In this document: positions 39,330 through 53,185 of the stretch, piece by piece
How positions within the stretch are numbered: the first letter of the stretch is position 1
How the letters are laid out: each line of letters begins with the position of its first letter
Assembly (NCBI GenBank): GCA_964016885.1
Contig: OZ024741.1
Coordinates: forward strand, 233,616,001-233,680,000
Length of the DNA stretch: 64,000 nt
Source of the DNA: Eledone cirrhosa
Taxonomy: Eukaryota
Direction: 5' to 3'
Program-made: the position numbers and the translations under genes
Notes under the pieces: generated by a model
The model's input: only the letters and a program-made list of their open reading frames with translations
The model's database searches: none
What the model was told of the DNA's origin: nothing

Positions 39330-41350
39330 ATACAAATTGTTGTCCTTAAATGCTTGTAGTTTATGCAACAAGATATATCTTTTTGATTCTTATGTCACCG
39401 GATTTCATTACAGTCACAGAAATATGGACACATTCTTTATTCTGTGATGGGGTGTTTAGCATAGCTGGCTACAACTTGTTTCGCAAAGACCTCATCAATC
39501 ATCATGGTGGTGATGTGATAGTCTACGTTTGTTCAAACTTTTCAGTAATTCCTTGTGTTGATTTCAACCAATCGCAACAAGAAGTATTTTTCTATGATAT
39601 ATGTCACTTCTACTTAGAATTGTTTACTGCCCCTCAAATTACCATCAGGACACACAGCTTTTTGATATCCCCAGAGCTGCTGCTAGGAAAACAGCCACTT
39701 ATGTTTTTATTGCAGGGGGCTTCAATCACCCTGAGATTGATTGGGAAACCTTTTGTTGGCTGCAAAGTGTAAATGATTTCTTTGAACTAGTGCTGGACTC
39801 GAGCTGGTGCCAAGTAGTCAACTCCCCCACAAGAGGTGACAACACTTTGGATTTGCTCTTCACCACTACTCCTGAAACAGTTATTAGTGTCACCACTGAG
39901 GAACCCTTAGGTGACTCTGATCATGTTATGACCATTGCCAATCTGTCTCTTATGGGCAGTAACAAAAACCACAACTACCTCCAAACTGTTCACTTTGACT
40001 GGAACTCTTACTACACTGAGCTACAATGCCCAAACTGACTTGATTTTCATGATTCTGAAGATCATTAGAACATCCTGAACTCAATATGGACAACATATGC
40101 AGCATCAGTATCACATAAGCACAAAAAACATCCCAAAAGTGCAATTTGGGAAACTGCAGCAATCCGACTTGCCAGGAAAGAACGTTGTGATGCTGAACGG
40201 GAATACAAACTATTTGAATCAGATATCAATAGAAAAAAGTACAATAGATCATCCAACAATCTCAAGCAGGTGACAAAAAAGGCAGTGCTTGAATTTGAAC
40301 AGCACATAGCAACCAATCCTGACTTATCGCAAAACTTTCTGCAATGTGTGTAAAAGATGATCTTTATAACTGGTTGAAGTCCTTCATTCTCAGTCGAAGA
40401 GAAATAGTCACGGTTCTAGGACAGCATTCTTCACCCTACGAGATGTCATCCAGTGTACTGCAGGGATCTATTCTTGGTCCCCTTTTGTTTGTTGCATATA
40501 TTAATGAAATAGATGCCAACTAAAAGAATGCCATAGTACTGGAATATGCAGGTGACATCAAGCTGTACCTTAAGATAAAAAGGACAGATCCTGAACTCTA
40601 TAAATCATTCCTGCAATCAGACCTGGACACAATGCAGCAATGGATCACAAACTGGCAACTTAAGCTGGCTGTGAACAAGTGTACCACCATGCATTATTTT
40701 GGGAGGAAAAACGCAGCATCCACATACCCCCTCCACAATACTAATCTCAAGAAGTCATCTTTTGAACGTGGCCCGGGCATTACTTTCAGCAGCGACTTGC
40801 ATTGGACAAAGCACATCTCTAAAATTGTCAAGAAGGTTGAGGGTATCTTGGCATCACTCAGCAAGACCTTTGTCAGCTGCTCTCCAGCTATTTAAAGCTG
40901 TATATAACTATGGTGTGGCTACATTTAGAATTTGTATCACCAATCTGGAACCCCTGTCTTGTTCAGAATATTGACCTCCTGGAAACTGTTCAGAGATGTG
41001 CAACCAAGTGAATACCCTCCATAAAGCATCTACCATTCTCTGAACACCTTGCTTCCTTGGGTATGGATACATTAAAGCTCTGATGGCTGGCAACTGACTT
41101 GGTAAACACCCACAAGATTCTTAACCATCTTGCCAACAACAACCCTCGGCACCTTTTTGAATTCCATGTCTAACACTCGTGGGCATGTTTCCAAAATCAG
41201 AAAACGGTACAACTTCCATAATTTTCAGAAATTTTTTCACGCTCAGAGTTGCTAAAGCATTGAACACACTACCTGCATCAGCTGTTAGCTGTCGGGACAT
41301 TGCATTCTTCAAAACCTCCATGCTTCCATAAATTCACCAACACTACACCT
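39330..41350 (+). mobile_element. Decayed CR1/L2-group LINE (AP endonuclease plus RT)
   Basis: GGFNHPEIDW, PTRGDNTLDL, SDH, QGSILGPLLF, YAGDIKL, NTRGH; many lesions. Confidence 0.88.
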
Positions 41351-43148
41351 GATATTCTGCCTCCGTACACACACACATGTATCTGTAATATAGCAGAAAA
41401 TATCTAAAAACAGGTTTGTTAATTGAAATGTTTATAATATTGTCCTACCCATGCTAGTGTGGAAAATGGACGTTAAACAAAGATGATGATAATAATTACT
41501 ACTGGACATATTATGAAAACTTGCAGTAAAGGAAAGACTTTAATCTTTAATGTGATGCTATTATAGTGCTGTTTTGTATTTTTCAAGTTTTCTTTGGTAA
41601 TATAGTTTCATGTGGTTTGTTAATTCAAATGTTTATAGTATCTTTACCACTGGATAGATTGGTGTGAAAATGTGCGGTAAACTGAAGTAAAGACTGCAAT
41701 TTTTAATATGATGCAGTTATAGTGCTGTTTTGTACTTTTCAAGAATGTCTTGCTAATGTGGTTTCATATGGTTTGTTAATTCAAATGTGTAAACTGATAC
41801 AGGCTGATAGTGAAGTGAGCATTAATGTACTTAACTTAGAAAGCCAAGGAATTTTAATTACCACACATATCCATGTGTAAGCTGCATTTTTTCAATGAAA
41901 ATATTACAAGAAAAACCAACATGTGATTTATCTACTGGACATGTAAAAACTCAATTCAAAATATTTGTTATATTTTATAAATCATCCTCATCATCATTTA
42001 ATATCTATTTTGCATGTTATAAGTAAAATGGAGACAGCATATTGGCTGTATCATTAGAACGGTAGACAATGCTTTGTGGTGTTTGTTCTGGCTCTCTTCA
42101 TTCGAATCCCACCAAGGTCAACTTTGCCTTTCATCCTTTCATTGTTGATAAAAAAAAATACCAGTCCCATACTGGAGTTGATTCTCTATATCTTATTTTC
42201 ACTTTCTCTCTAACATTCTCTTCTTTCTCATTCTCTGGAAGAAATTAGCTGGAGAGGGATGTGCTTCACCAGGTTTAAAATGCCCAAGATACACTATATA
42301 ACTACGGTGCTTCTATGACTCAGTCAAGAAATATAGGTCCATACGTAGAAATTACCATTTTGATTAATTTAAATTATGGGATTGTCTTCGCCACTCTTTT
42401 TTAACCAGAGGTAGTCATTAATATAATTAATATTTTTTGTTCACACTATGGATGTAATTTAAATTAATAAAACTTTCTAGGCTCATTATATTATGTATGT
42501 TCATTCACACTCTACTGTTTGCTTCTGATACAAAGCTGTGTTGTGTGTTATGTCTAAGGACATAAAATACTTCAACACTATAGCTTTGAACTCATGATTA
42601 TGTTATTAATAATCCTGTGGCTCATTCTCACTATATTTTGAAGTGGTGCCCCAGCTATGGCTACTGTTTGATGACTGAAATGTTTAAAAAGAGGTTTCAG
42701 CCATCAAATCCTGCTATGGTCAACTTTATCTTTCATTCTTTTGAGGTCAGTTCAGTAAATAAAGTACCAGTCCAATACTGAGATCGATTCTTCCTCTGCC
42801 TCCTTCTCTGGAAAAAGTCAGTTATGTTCTGACCTGGTGATAGATGAGCTCAACCAGGTTCAAACTACCCAAGTTATGCTATTTGTCAGGATGACTTCCT
42901 TATGATTCCATCAGGAGTTAAGGACCCTTTACTTTTATCTATTCCTTTCTTATTGACTTCCAACATAGGAGTGAAACATATTTGTCATTTCAACTGATTG
43001 AAGCAAGCAGGCTCATCGAAAAATCCTTGCCAAGAGTTCACAGCATAAACCCCATAGTTATATGTGTACATTATGTCTGAAATAGACTCAAAACATATAG
43101 AGACATCTTTTTGATAACTTAATGATTATGTTATGATTTGTATTGCAG

Positions 43149-43268
43149 GTGCTGGCATTGGGACCAAGTACAGAGAAACAGTTGAAGTCAAATGCAATAA
43201 AATTATCAGGTGTGTCAAAAGGTCCAACACCTGCTGATTTGGTTAAACTCATCAAAGGACTCAGTTGA
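43149..43268 (+). CDS. UROS: Uroporphyrinogen-III synthase, last coding exon
   Basis: TTGCAG|VLALGPSTEKQL...KGPTPADLVKLIKGLS*; matches AIGPTT and PTP; the spliced CDS is 792 nt (263 aa) in frame. Confidence 0.92.
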   Translation: MLALGPSTEKQLKSNAIKLSGVSKGPTPADLVKLIKGLS

Positions 43269-43301
43269 TTATTGCTAATTCAACATTTTTTTAATACATA
43301 T

Positions 43302-43307
43302 AATAAA
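43302..43307 (+). terminator. Candidate polyadenylation signal for UROS
   Basis: AATAAA about 34 nt after the stop codon; the context is AT-rich, so support is weak. Confidence 0.4.
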
Positions 43308-46300
43308 TAAATTTGTTTAAACTAAACAAAATATAACTTAATGTAATATAAATTTTAAAAATTATAATACAGATGACTGGAATAAATATAATAGTAATAA
43401 TAATAATAGTTTCTGATTTAGGCACAAGGCCAGCAATTTGAATGGGGGAGCGGAAAATCGATTAAATCGAACCCAGTGAATTACTGGTGCTTTATTTTAT
43501 CGACCCCGTAAGGATGAAAGGGATTTGAACTCAGACCATAAAGGGACGTAACTATGCTGGAAAGCATGGCGTCCGACCCTCTACCAATCCACTGCCCTAA
43601 TGGTAACGATGATGATTTCTTTTATTTGTCAGGCAGGCACCAGATGGAGAAGACAGGTTATAACATTAAAGGGGGGGGGGGGGGGGGGTACCTAGAAATA
43701 AGAAGGAAAAAAGTGTGGCCGACATGTACACATAGTATACAAGTTGGATATATATATAGTGGACAATTATATGAGGCATTCAGTCCTCCTGTTATAGAGA
43801 GCTGAATACCTAAGGCTAATTGAAGACCATACAAATCTACAATTGCTTTGACCTCCAGGGGTGAGTGCCCTCCTCCAACTATCATTGTTCAACATACAGG
43901 CATAAGCTGAGAGTAGTCCCATTAACTTTTATCATTTTTGCTACTTTCACCCACCCATTGGTAAATGTACTGAAAAGGAGCACATCCCTTTCCACCCTCA
44001 CCTCCCTTTTCAAGTGGAAATTGAAAAATAATAATAATAATATTATGATTATGATGGTAAATATATAGCTATTTTATTTGCCTCTCCTTTGAACAACATT
44101 GGTGGCATGGAGAGAGGAGACTGGCATGCATGGGTGACTGCTGATCTTCCACAGAAAACACCTTGCCTAGGTTTGTGCCTCAGAGGGGAACTTTCATCAT
44201 CATCATCATCATCATTTTACGTCCGCTTTTCCCTGCTTGCAAGGGTGGGATGGGAACTGATTCTGGCTTGATTTCTACAGCTGGATGCCCTTCCTAACAC
44301 CAACCTCATTTACAGTGAGTGCTGGGTGCTTTTTTGCCGTGGCACCTCCACGACCACTTTGCAGTGGATTGATAGGGACCTCAGTCCCTATCATCTCATT
44401 TCTACAGCTGAGTAAACTGGAGCAATATGAAATAAAGTGTCTTGCTCAAGGAAACAACACATCACCTGGCCTGAGAATGGAACTCACAACCTTTCGATTG
44501 CAAGGCCAATGCTCTAACCACTAAGCCATGTACCTCCATACTTTCTAGTTGCAAAAACAATAGTCATTTATGATCAAAGGGGGTCTTTACTCTTGATAGG
44601 TATCTTGATGCATTGAAGGCCATTTTTTGAAGGAAGGTAATTGTAACTCATGTGTTTACTGTTTATTGCTCTTTCCTCTATTAACACTTGTTACACTTGG
44701 GTAGTTGATACCCACCCACTTCCAGCTAAGTACCCCACACTGACCTACCTCTCCAATCCACACCCCCAACACCATTTTCAACATCTGATTCACCTCTCTT
44801 GACCAACCAATGTAGACAAGTATAGAAAGCTTAACATGCTCTCCCACAATGCTGCTGAATTGGCTAAAAGCCCTGAGTCGACCCTCAGTAAGGTTGTCAT
44901 GCAGGTGTTATGACAAAACAGCAGCTAACCTTCCCTGCAAGGTAGTTGTGCTGGTGACATGAGAAATAAGTAATCAGTCCACCCTGTGAGGTGGTCATGT
45001 TGGGGACATGACAGAAGGTACCCAGCTCATTTTGAAAAGTCATGTTAGTGGCAAGACAGATGGCACCCGAACTGCTCTGATGAGCACTCAAGTTGGTGAC
45101 ATGACAAAGAGCACCTACTCAGCCTTCTAAAGTGGTGGTGGTCGTTGTGATGGTGACACAACAATAGTACCCAGTCCACCCTATAGAGTGGTCATGTTAG
45201 TGACATGAGACAACAATAACTGCACACTCCACCCTGTAAATGTGGTTGGTGTTAGGAAGGCCATCCAGCAATAGAAACTGAGGCAGAAATACACTTGGGT
45301 AGTTGATAATTACACTTTGTTCATGTGAATTCTGAATGTAATTACAAAATATTTGATGGATCTATCTTGAATAATGGGTGAGATATTTGTCCATTAACAA
45401 AAATCAAAAACCTTTAAATATATCAGTTTTTGTTTAAATATATACTTACTAAAAATAAAGTACGATCTGTTGGGGCATTCTGATTGGTCCATGGTAACTG
45501 TACACCTGATGTGTCATTCAGTTCTACAAAACTCCATAGTAAACATAGTCAGTACTTCCATTTTTCTCCAGTCATCACAAATGTTGAATCTCTCAATCAA
45601 AGATTGTCCATGGAAATGTTTACATTGAGTTCATATTCAATTGTCTGGATTAACTTAAACTCATGCTCAAATTTACTTCCTTTATTCTATTCCTAATTGA
45701 AAAACTAGAAAATCAGTCATCAACGAAAAGATAAACCTCAAAATTGTGTCAGAAGTGTATAAATTAATTACAAAATAACTAAACATTTTTCACACAATTT
45801 TTCCCTTTCAAACTTTTAGTTAAAAGTTCTGACAAATTAGAACGTCATACTGGATACTTTATAGTAGTAGTTGGCTGAAACACTACTGTCCACTGTGTAA
45901 TTTACTATCATTATTGAATACTTATCTTCTTTAATAATTTCACTTTCTAGGAAATCACTTATTCAAATACATAAATAGAGTTGCTTAGAGCCATTGTAGA
46001 GAGAGTAGATGTCAAACAGTTTGCATTCACAGCAGATAGGGATCCTCTTCAGTCGTGATTGACCATGGGTTTGCACTTAAAAGGTTCCTCACCAAGCCGC
46101 TAACCTGGCATTCCATCTCACCAATGTTGTCCAAGGAAAATACAAAGGCATTTATAGTTTGTCACTGGTGTTGTTGCAACCATTTTTCTTTGTGGACTGG
46201 AGCAATGTGAAATAAAGTGTCTTCTCCAAGGACTGCCTAGACTGGGAATTGAACTCGTGACCCTATGATCATGATCCTAACATTCTAACTACACAGCTAT

Positions 46301-46499
46301 GTGTCTTCTAGTGGATCAAATAATTTTGGTATGTTTACATTAGCATAAACTAAAACATCATAAGAAGTATCAAGGACATGAACTATCGTATCATCATCAT
46401 ATTATCTGGCAATAAAGGTGAATACCATATCTACAATGCCATGCCCTACGTGGAAACTGTATTGGATTTCTGAGATCAGAGAAGTCTCAAACTATTTGA

Positions 46500-47140
46500 T
46501 GAGTAGTTTTTGCCAGTATGCTACTATTGCAGTATGATTGTTTAGCTGAAAGTTTGTTTTGACTTGATCCAGTTGAAAGATTACACATTCATTCATTGTT
46601 GATGGATGGTTCAGGACTGTGTTGAAGTGTTTAGCCAATCTCTCTAAAATGTGTTTTATATATGTGTAAACTCAGCACTTAGGAGGTGTAGTTCCTAAGA
46701 ATTGAGACTTTCAATGATACATATAATCTCTTCCTGTAATATCTATCAATATAATGCTGGTTTTCTTTAGCTTTTCTTACAGCTCATTTTCATGGATGTG
46801 TCTTAGTAGATTCTGCATATTCTGGCGTATCTCTATGAATAATGATTTCTTGGATGCACGAGATGTGTCACTGATAGGTAGAAAGAGTTTGTGCTTCTTA
46901 ATTCTTTCTTTCATGTTCACCAAACCAGTCTTGATATTTCTAGAATGATGAAACTCAGGTGTTTAAGTGTTCTGTGCTTCTTAGGCTTGCCCATTCTTTC
47001 TCAACACTTGTTTCCTATAGTGTAGACTGAGATCATTTTCAAGAGTTTCAACAGTGTTTCCTGGTTTCAATTTGGAACTGTTGAGATTCTTGTGGGGATT
47101 CTTACTCTTTGGTCTTGTTTTTTTTCTAACGATCTTGGCA
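46500..47140 (-). mobile_element. Decayed non-LTR element N-terminal fragment (R4-like)
   Basis: Degenerate coding character on the minus strand, rich in K/R/E; clade assignment tentative. Confidence 0.4.
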
Positions 47141-48439
47141 ATATTTTAATAAACTCTGTATGACATGACACTACAATATAAGTAATTCCATAGAAACTGG
47201 GGATGAAAGAAACACACACTTTAAGTAGTCACAAAGCATGGGATATTTGTATGGTTTGTGGTAGTCAGAGTTACTGGTTCCACACAATTGACAGCTCTAT
47301 ATATAACCACAGGCTTATGAATTATTATGTGACTACTACATATCTCTTATGACAGTGGACCCTGGATGAATATATTCTTCATTGGTTGAGAATACAATGT
47401 AAATTGGTTGATGATAAGAAGGGCATCCAGCCATAGAAAGCTTGCTAACAAAAAAAAAAAACACTGACAAGACTGTTCAGCTGAGTCAAAGACATGACAA
47501 GCACACTATTGTTGGTACCACGATAAAATGAATGGAAAAGTATGGGAGATGCAGGAACTCGGCTCATCTGAGAAATCAGTAGCTTCGCTTGAGTACTGTA
47601 AACACTTGCAAGCGTTGCTAGAGGGAAAAACCGACGTTAATGGATGATTATGATGATAATGATGAATAGTGTGGTTCATTTTATTTGTAACCTCAACTAC
47701 TAATCCAGTATCGTGTTGCAATTTTAACCATTGCACAAACCAACTACTCATTTAGCATGGTGCTTGTGATTTGCAAGAAGACAATTCATTAGTAAAAAAC
47801 AACAACAATTTCCATTTCCTAAATTAAGTTTCAGTCAAATATTGCTGTGTTAGCCCTCCTTACTTCTATTCTATGATAGGATTATGGCAAACGTCTAATT
47901 CAATTTTTTTCTCTCCAGATTACCATGCCCATAAGTTAGGAGAATAACTATTTTCAAAAAACGTTATTTCCCTTTTTGATTAAGTGCTGCAAAGATCGTT
48001 GAATTCTGTTGACGTTCGCAAGCAGTTGTTCGTGGATGCCAGCAAACTGTAAGTGACCTCCCTTCAATCAACTTTTAGCGCAGATTTTCTCCCTTCTACT
48101 GCTATAATAATTGTTTCTACTTTTGGCACAATTCCCTCAGTGCATTACTGGTACTTTATTTTATCGACCCCGTAAGGATGAAAGGCAAAGTTAACCTGCT
48201 ATAATAATACTTCCTGGTTCACCGAACTAGCTTGACTGCATTTAGGAATGCACCTCTTAAAATTTCTACGCACAAGTACAGAGTGAACTTTTGCAATTAT
48301 GAAACAATAATATATACAATACTTAACAAATATATAAGATTAAACAAAACACCCATCAATTCACCACCAAGTGCGACAAATGGCCACACATCATTGGGGT
48401 GGGGGGTGGGGGTCAACAGAACACTTTGAGGCAAGCCAA

Positions 48440-48845
48440 TAAGCTCACAATATTACCATGGGTGATGGTGAGGCTAAGGTGTTGAAACAACCAGGCATCA
48501 CCTGACACCTCAGTAAGATGAGTCCCCAGTGATGACAAGAACTTCACTGTCAGTGGCCCAAATCCACCAAACATCTTGAATGCCACAGGCTATAACAATA
48601 ATTATTAGATGAATCCAGGTATTTCCAAATTTTGTTCCATTTGGCAACAGAAGCAGTGACCCCCACATTTACCACACCATCCATTATGTGGGAGGGAGCA
48701 AAAGAGTCACTGACTGTGGCGTCCCAGATGAGACACCTACATCTTACCCAGGGACAAAAGGTAAGGCCATCTGCTCTCTTCCCATCATTTCTGGATAATC
48801 CAGATGGCTTCAGATCTGAGGAGATATTTACCCAAGCCAGAACCC
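48440..48845 (-). mobile_element. CRE-clade RLE fragment
   Basis: DGKRADGLTFCPWVRCRCLIWDATVSDSFA. Confidence 0.8.
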
Positions 48846-48889
48846 ATTTAATGATCAGGTTTAGCTCGGTGGACAAACTAGAAAACTGA

Positions 48890-50060
48890 CATGGGAGTGT
48901 TTTTTTCAAACTCTGCCAATATCAAAAGAATGTTGAGATCATGGATGGTGTACTCCCCTTCCAATGAAGCTCTTTACTGCTTTGGTTACAAACTGCTTTC
49001 AGACAAAAGTAACTCAAAATTTAATTCTGAGGATGGATTCAATATATGGTGGAAACTGAATCCTAGAATATCCAAGCATGTATCCAGTGCAGCTCACATT
49101 TGGAATTTCACACAATGAAAGGAATTGGGAATTAGGATTGCTTGTGGAGCAACAATTGATAAAAAAGAACAAGAAGTTGTTGAAAGCCAAGTGAAAAAGT
49201 GGAAGGAAATCCTTTTAAGGCTGCTTAATATTATTAGATTCTTAGCTAATCAGAATTTGGCTTTATGAAACCACCGAGAAGGAATGAATTATGAGAGAAA
49301 CGAGACTGATGTTGAACCTGAAGCAATGGAAAATAGAGGAAATCTTTTAGAGTTTGTTCATTTGTTGGTGAAATATGATTCAGTGCTATGTAAACATCTA
49401 AAAATCCAGCTGGGAAACAAGTTTGCTACTTCCTATCTGTCTCCTACTATTCAGAACGAGTTTATAGAAATTTGGGGAGAAAATGTAAGAAGCAAAGTCA
49501 TCAAGAAAGTAAAAGAAACCAAGTACTTTTCCATGATATTCGACAGCCCTCCTGATATTTCACATAAAGATCAAATGAGCCAAGTTTTACACTATGTTAT
49601 GATTGGTGGAGATAAAGTGAAGGTTGTGGAATCATTTGTTGATTTCATTGAAACAAAAGGTAAAACTGCCGAGAATATTTCAATGATGATTTTGGAAAAA
49701 TTAGAGAAAGACAGAATTGATATTCAAAATTGTAGAAAACAAGCATATGATAATGCTGTGGTGATGGCTGGTCTACATACTGGTTGGTGTTCAGAAACGT
49801 TTCAAGGAAATTAATAAAAAAGCAGAATTTTTCGTTTGTACAAATCACTCCCTGAATTTGGTGGGTGTTCTTGCAGCTTTTGTTGGCATGCATTCTATTA
49901 CCTTTTTTTGATGTGTGAAATATTTGTTTGTATTTTTTCTTCATCAACCCATCGCTAGTCAAAGTGTCAAGTGCATAATAGAAACTTGATGGAGTGTAAG
50001 TGTTGTAAAGAAACATTTCTCAAAAATCTTAAGTACTCTAGAAAAGTTAACTGGTGAAGG
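48890..50060 (+). pseudogene. hAT transposase relic (ZMYM1-like, DUF4371-type)
   Basis: RSWMVYSPSNEALYCF, NRGNLLE, SYLSPTIQNEFI, YFSMIFDSPPDISHKDQ, QAYDNAVVMAG; stops and frameshifts. Confidence 0.88.
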
Positions 50061-50869
50061 AGAAAATACCTTCTAGAAATTAATGACACACAGACTTACC
50101 TCCAAACCAAAGGATTGAACATACAACAATGTGATATAAAACTCAGGGTCTACCTCTGGGTCTCTTGCCGGTTGATTTTGCCTGTAAAATGTGACCAGCG
50201 ATTCTTTACTGTGACATTCTAACCACATGCTCATAATATCGGAGTTGTGATCTCTCAATTCAGAGAAGTAGCGACTCTACCAGGAGTGACTCTCTGGTCT
50301 CTGAGCTATGCACTTTATCGAGTAACGTTACTCCAAAGACCCTTCGGAGGAATCCCATTTCTGCCGCTTTTATTTGCAATTGTATTCTTTTGGTCATTAC
50401 TCAAGATTCATGATCCTCGGTAAGAGTTGGCAGGAATACCAGGAAGACAGCGAGTTTGGCTTTTACACCTACCCCCTTCAACTGATTGCTGAGGCTGGCA
50501 CTTTACTGCATCAGCTTTTGCAATTCTTGCACGTAATTCAGCCTCCTGCATTCCATCACTCATGAATACAGCCCCAAGATACTTGAACTTCTTTAACTGC
50601 TTCAGTAGAACCCCATTCACATGTATATAAATTTGAGGGACTTCTGTCCACCCGTCCATCAGGAAATGTGTATGAGTGAATGTATGTGTGTAAAAGGAAG
50701 GAAAGGGATACACACATATAAAAAGGAAGGAAAGGGATACACACATGTCTCTAACTTAAAAACAGTGACACACACACATGTCTCTAATTTAAGAATGCCA
50801 ACAAACTCACGCACGCGCAGATACACACACTGTCCTATTACCACTCAAGAGTTTTGGCCCGGGCAAACA

Positions 50870-51500
50870 TCCCCTCAATTGTGGAACCCTCTGGGTTGTC
50901 CTGAATTGATGGGAAAAGACTTGACGGTCTTACTCTGTGCTCCTGGTCAAGAGGCAGGTGCCTTACCTGGGACGTCACAGTTAGTGACTCTTTTGCTTCT
51001 TCCCACATTCTGGATGCAGAAGTAAGGGCGAGAGCGACAGCATCTTCAGCTGAACATAACAAAATCCTAAAATACCGTGTTCTGTCAGCTAACTACATTA
51101 TCCAGCCTGTGGCGTTCGAGATGTTTGGGGGCGTCAGGCTACTGACAGCGAGGTTCCTATCTTCACTGGCGGCTTGCCAAACAGAGGTAACTGGTGATGC
51201 TCGTGAGGGCACTTGGTTGTTCCAGCACCTCAGCCTCGCCATCACCCCAGGTAACGCTGCGTGCGTGCTGGCTTGCCTCAAAAATTATTAGAGAGGTTTC
51301 CCAGTGCTCCTCGTTATATTGCTATCTTTTGCTCTGGTAACAGCTCTTTTTCCCACTCTTTCACTTGCATATTGTTTAGTGGCCTAAGATGTGTGTATTA
51401 CCTGCTTGTGTATTTTTCCTCTTTCTTTTTTTTCCTTTCCCTTTCCTTTGTATATATTATATTTGTTAGTGTTTTCGTTCTGTAACCATTATATTAAATT
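50870..51500 (+). mobile_element. CRE-clade RLE 3' fragment
   Basis: EPSGLS*IDGKRLDGLTLCSWSRGRCLTWDVTVSDSFA...AFEMFG...GNAACVL. Confidence 0.82.
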
Positions 51501-51519
51501 AGTTTTTTAAAAAAGAGGT

Positions 51520-51841
51520 ATCATCATCATCATTTAACATCCATCTTCCACGCTTGCATGGGTTTAGACAGGAATTTTCCCACTTGAGGCAAGATTGGTT
51601 GTCTTGCTCGTATAGGACTGTCTGGCGGGTTTTCTATGGCTGGATGCCCTTCCTAACACCAACCATATTTAAAGTGTGAACTGGGAGGTTTTTACCGTGT
51701 TACCTACACGGCCACGTTACAGCGTGGACTGTGTTTTTTTGGTGTGACACCTACACGACCTCATTTGTTTCAGACTGGATGTTGTGGTACCAACATAACT
51801 TTACATTGAAAGGGGTGGTGTGGATGGGGCGAGGGTAGTGT

Positions 51842-51872
<31 letters not shown>

Positions 51873-52590
51873 GGGGTACTGACTGTAGGTTTCGCTTTGC
51901 ACTATTAATTACTGTGTAGCGCCAAAGATCTCGGTCCAGTGACATTGTCTTGGAGAGGTGTAAGTGTGTGAGGTCGGAATTTATCAAGTCGTCCCAGATT
52001 TTTCTGGGTCTGCCTACTCCGTGGCTACCGTCTATTTTTATCGCCCTGCACTTTTTTATACAGCTGTCGTCTTTCATACGCATCACCTGACTGTACCAAC
52101 GTAGTCTTCTCTCGAGTAAACAACATCTGATCCCTCTTATTCCTAATTTCTCCCTTAGTTCGTTTATGCTTTGCCATTCACGTATTACACATCCAGCGGA
52201 GCATGCAAGCTTCGTTCCTCTCTAGTCTGAGTATATCCTCTGCACACAATGCCCAAGTCTCACTGCCATGAAACATTGCTGTTCGTATGCAGGCATCATA
52301 CAGCCTGCCTTTCATTTTTAGAGAGAACCCTTTAGCGGCTAATAGTGGTATAAGCTCTCTGAACTTTTTCCATCCCGTTCTGACTCTAGCTACTGTACTT
52401 TCAGAACACCCTCCACCACTGCTGATTTTGTCATCCAGGTAACAGAAGGTATCCACTATTTCTATAGAACCATCTGTGCAATGGAATGAGCTAGTATTCT
52501 GTGGGCACTTGCTGCTTCTTATTGCACCAGAGCACCGGCCACATATAAAATCTATATTCTTAGTTAGCTTACCTGTGATCCCACTACATC
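51520..52590 (-). mobile_element. RTE LINE 3' portion
   Basis: RVRTGWKKFREL, HGSETW, RRLRWY; 52340-52590 duplicates 53210-53463. Confidence 0.9.
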
Positions 52591-53156
52591 ACAATTTTCC
52601 CTGAAACACTGTCTTGATTCTTTGGAATAACATTTTTCGCGGCGTTTTCTAGCATGACTGTAGTGTGAACCTTACGCTGACTTCTTTCTTTTTTCTTCTT
52701 TCTTTCTTCCCCTTTTTTATTCTTTGACGGAGAGGTGGTAGTACATTATAAGCCTTCGCCCCCTCACCAGATGGTCATTAGCAGACCGAGTAGCCATCAC
52801 TTTGAGGGCGACTGGCCGAGGTGAAAGCAGCTAGTTGGTCAGTCGTCCTCTCTGTCTCTGATTTTTCGGACCCATGGTTTTTACATATTCCTTTGTTATA
52901 TTTCGAATACCTGATGATATCACCGGATTCATATGGAACCCGGTCATTAAAATGATCATAGTATAATAAACCTTTCAAGGATTTACACCAGTCCAGCCTC
53001 CTGTTATTTTATTTATAATTAACTCCGTATTCGCACCAACTACACAAACGAAGATGGGTGAACTGCAATACATTGAGTACTCTCCACAATATAACACCAA
53101 GACTGACCATACGGAATGACCAATTCTATCCATTGGTTAACTAACAAACCTAAAGA
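52591..53156 (+). mobile_element. Penelope-like terminal (pLTR-type) fragment with a mutated hammerhead
   Basis: ATAC-CTGATGA-stem II-AAAA-TGATCA-TA|GTAT at 52907-52964; GAGTACTC 53075-53082; ends in (TA)n. Confidence 0.6.
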
Positions 53157-53185
53157 TATATATATATATATATCATCAACATCGT

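Noticed and set aside
49284-49814. Domesticated ZMYM1-like host gene
   Set aside because: Multiple stops and frameshifts and no splice structure; a hAT relic.
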